Below are positions 33,205 through 34,686 of a DNA stretch of 34,686 bases, in pieces. Position 1 is the stretch's first letter; each line of letters opens with the position of its first letter. Where the stretch lies: positions 1 to 34,686 of IMG/VR virus record IMGVR_UViG_3300048852_000092; one strand, 5' to 3'. A program made the position numbers and the translations under genes. The DNA comes from a virus (lineage: Duplodnaviria > Caudoviricetes). The notes below the pieces were generated by a model. That model searched no databases. It was not told the origin of the DNA and saw only the letters and a program-made list of their open reading frames with translations.

Positions 33205-34446
33205 GGTCTGCGCCGTTGGCGCGCGCGTGACGGCATGGGCCAGGCCCTCATGTCGGCGACCGCCAGCCTCGAGGCGACGGACGATCGCAGCTTCCGGCTG
33301 GTACTGAAGCGTCCTGTGGGCTTCGTCCTGGAGGCGCTCGGCAAGATCGACAGCAACGTGCCCTTCATGATGCCGGAGCGCCTGGCAAGCACGTCGCCCA
33401 ACACCGCAATTCGGGAGATGATCGGCTCCGGCCCGTTCCGCTTCCGGGCGGAAGAGTGGGTACCGGGTGTGAAGGTGGTCTATGAGCGCTTCGACCGCTA
33501 CGTGCCGCGCAACGAGCCCGCCAGCCGCGCCGCGGGCGGGAAGCTCGCGAAAGTCGATCGGGTGGAGCTGATCTACACCCCCGATGCGGCGACCGCCGCC
33601 AACGGCCTGATCACCGGCGAGTTCGATATCCTGGAATCCCCCGCGCCCGACCTGCTGGATATGCTGCGCCGGTCGCGCGGCGTCACCGTCGCCTCGAACG
33701 ACCCACTGGGCTACGGCCTGTTCGCGGTGCTCAATCACCTGCATCCGCCTTTCGACAGGGTGGAAGCGCGGCGTGCACTGCAGGCCGCGATCCGTCAGGC
33801 CGATTTCATGATTGCCACGGTCGGCGACCAGAGCCCCTGGCGCGAATGTGCCGCCGCCTTCGGCTGCGCCCCCGATGAAGGGCCGTTGTTCCAGGACCTC
33901 GGCTGGCCCGCTCATGACCTGTCGCGCGCCAAGGCGCTGCTTGCCGCCTCCGGCTATGACGGCCGGCCCATTCTGGTCATGGATCCCGCCGACAACGCCA
34001 CCCTGCATCCCAGCGCCCTGCTGATCGCGGAGGCGCTTCGCAACATTGGCGCGCAGGTGAATCTGATGACGATGGACTGGAGCGCGCTGGTGGCCCGCCG
34101 CTCCTCCCGCGCCACGGTTGATCAGGGCGGCTGGAATATCTATGCCACGAACGCGACCATGACCGGCATCTCCACGCCGCTGACCAACAACTTCGTCCGG
34201 AATTGCGAGCAGGCGGGCTTCGGGTGGCCATGCGACCGGCGCATCAGCGCGATGTCCGAGGAGTGGACCTTCGAGACGGACGCGGCGCGCCGCAAGGCGC
34301 TCATCGCGCAGCTGAACCGGCTACATGTCGAGAACGTCACAAGCATTCCGCTGGGCCAATACCGCAATGCCATCGCCTACCGCCGCGGGCTGCACGGGAT
34401 AATTCCGGGCCCGGCGATCTTCTACTGGAACATCGAGAAGGGCTGA
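33205..34446 (+). pseudogene. 5'-truncated ABC transporter substrate-binding protein (family 5, DppA/OppA-like)
   Basis: RRWRARDGMGQ..FRLVLKRP..IGSGPFRF..EWVPG..KVDRVE..FAVLNHLHPPFD..FGWPCD..IPLGQY..FYWNIEK. No signal peptide or N-terminal LDP region; homology appears to begin mid-protein. Confidence 0.75.
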
Positions 34447-34560
34447 AGGCGAAACGCCATGGGAATGCTGGCGCTGGCCAGTGGGCGGAAGTTCTCCGCC
34501 GACGCGAACGCACCCCCACGACCAGCGCCCTGAGGGATCGTTGCTATTTAAAATCTATAG

Positions 34561-34634
<74 letters not shown>

Positions 34635-34686
34635 TGGGTGGGTGGTGGTGGTGGTGTTGATCCGGGGAAGCGGTGGTTGGGCAGGA

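Noticed and set aside
34635-34660. (GGT)n run beside the tRNA
   Set aside because: Short low-complexity spacer with no evidence of function.

Overview
This is high-GC DNA; a proteobacterial, possibly alphaproteobacterial, origin is my inference. Almost the whole window (about 1385-32735, minus strand) is one tightly packed 22-gene operon encoding an extracellular contractile injection system (eCIS, Afp/PVC-like). In order it encodes a small winged-helix-like protein, a DUF4255/Afp16-like terminator, an accessory protein, a giant 1047-aa sheath, a tube, a second sheath, a second tube, a small protein, a LysM tube initiator, a gpD hub, a short gpV spike, an unknown helical protein where PAAR is expected, gp25, baseplate J, a P2 gpI-like wedge protein, three paralogous fibre-like proteins (one with an S74 chaperone), an Afp14-like protein, an Afp15-like AAA+ ATPase, and two DUF4157 proteins with different nuclease-like C-termini. 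The sequence suggests a self-contained sigma54 circuit. A -24/-12 promoter and an IHF site precede the operon, a second -24/-12 element sits inside a 4x12-bp tandem repeat ahead of the sheath gene, and a sensor-less sigma54 enhancer-binding protein lies convergently at the far end (330-1361). To the right are a 5'-truncated ABC substrate-binding gene and an initiator tRNA-Met with an abnormal 3' end, consistent with an island border. All family assignments come from motif recognition by eye, not from database searches.
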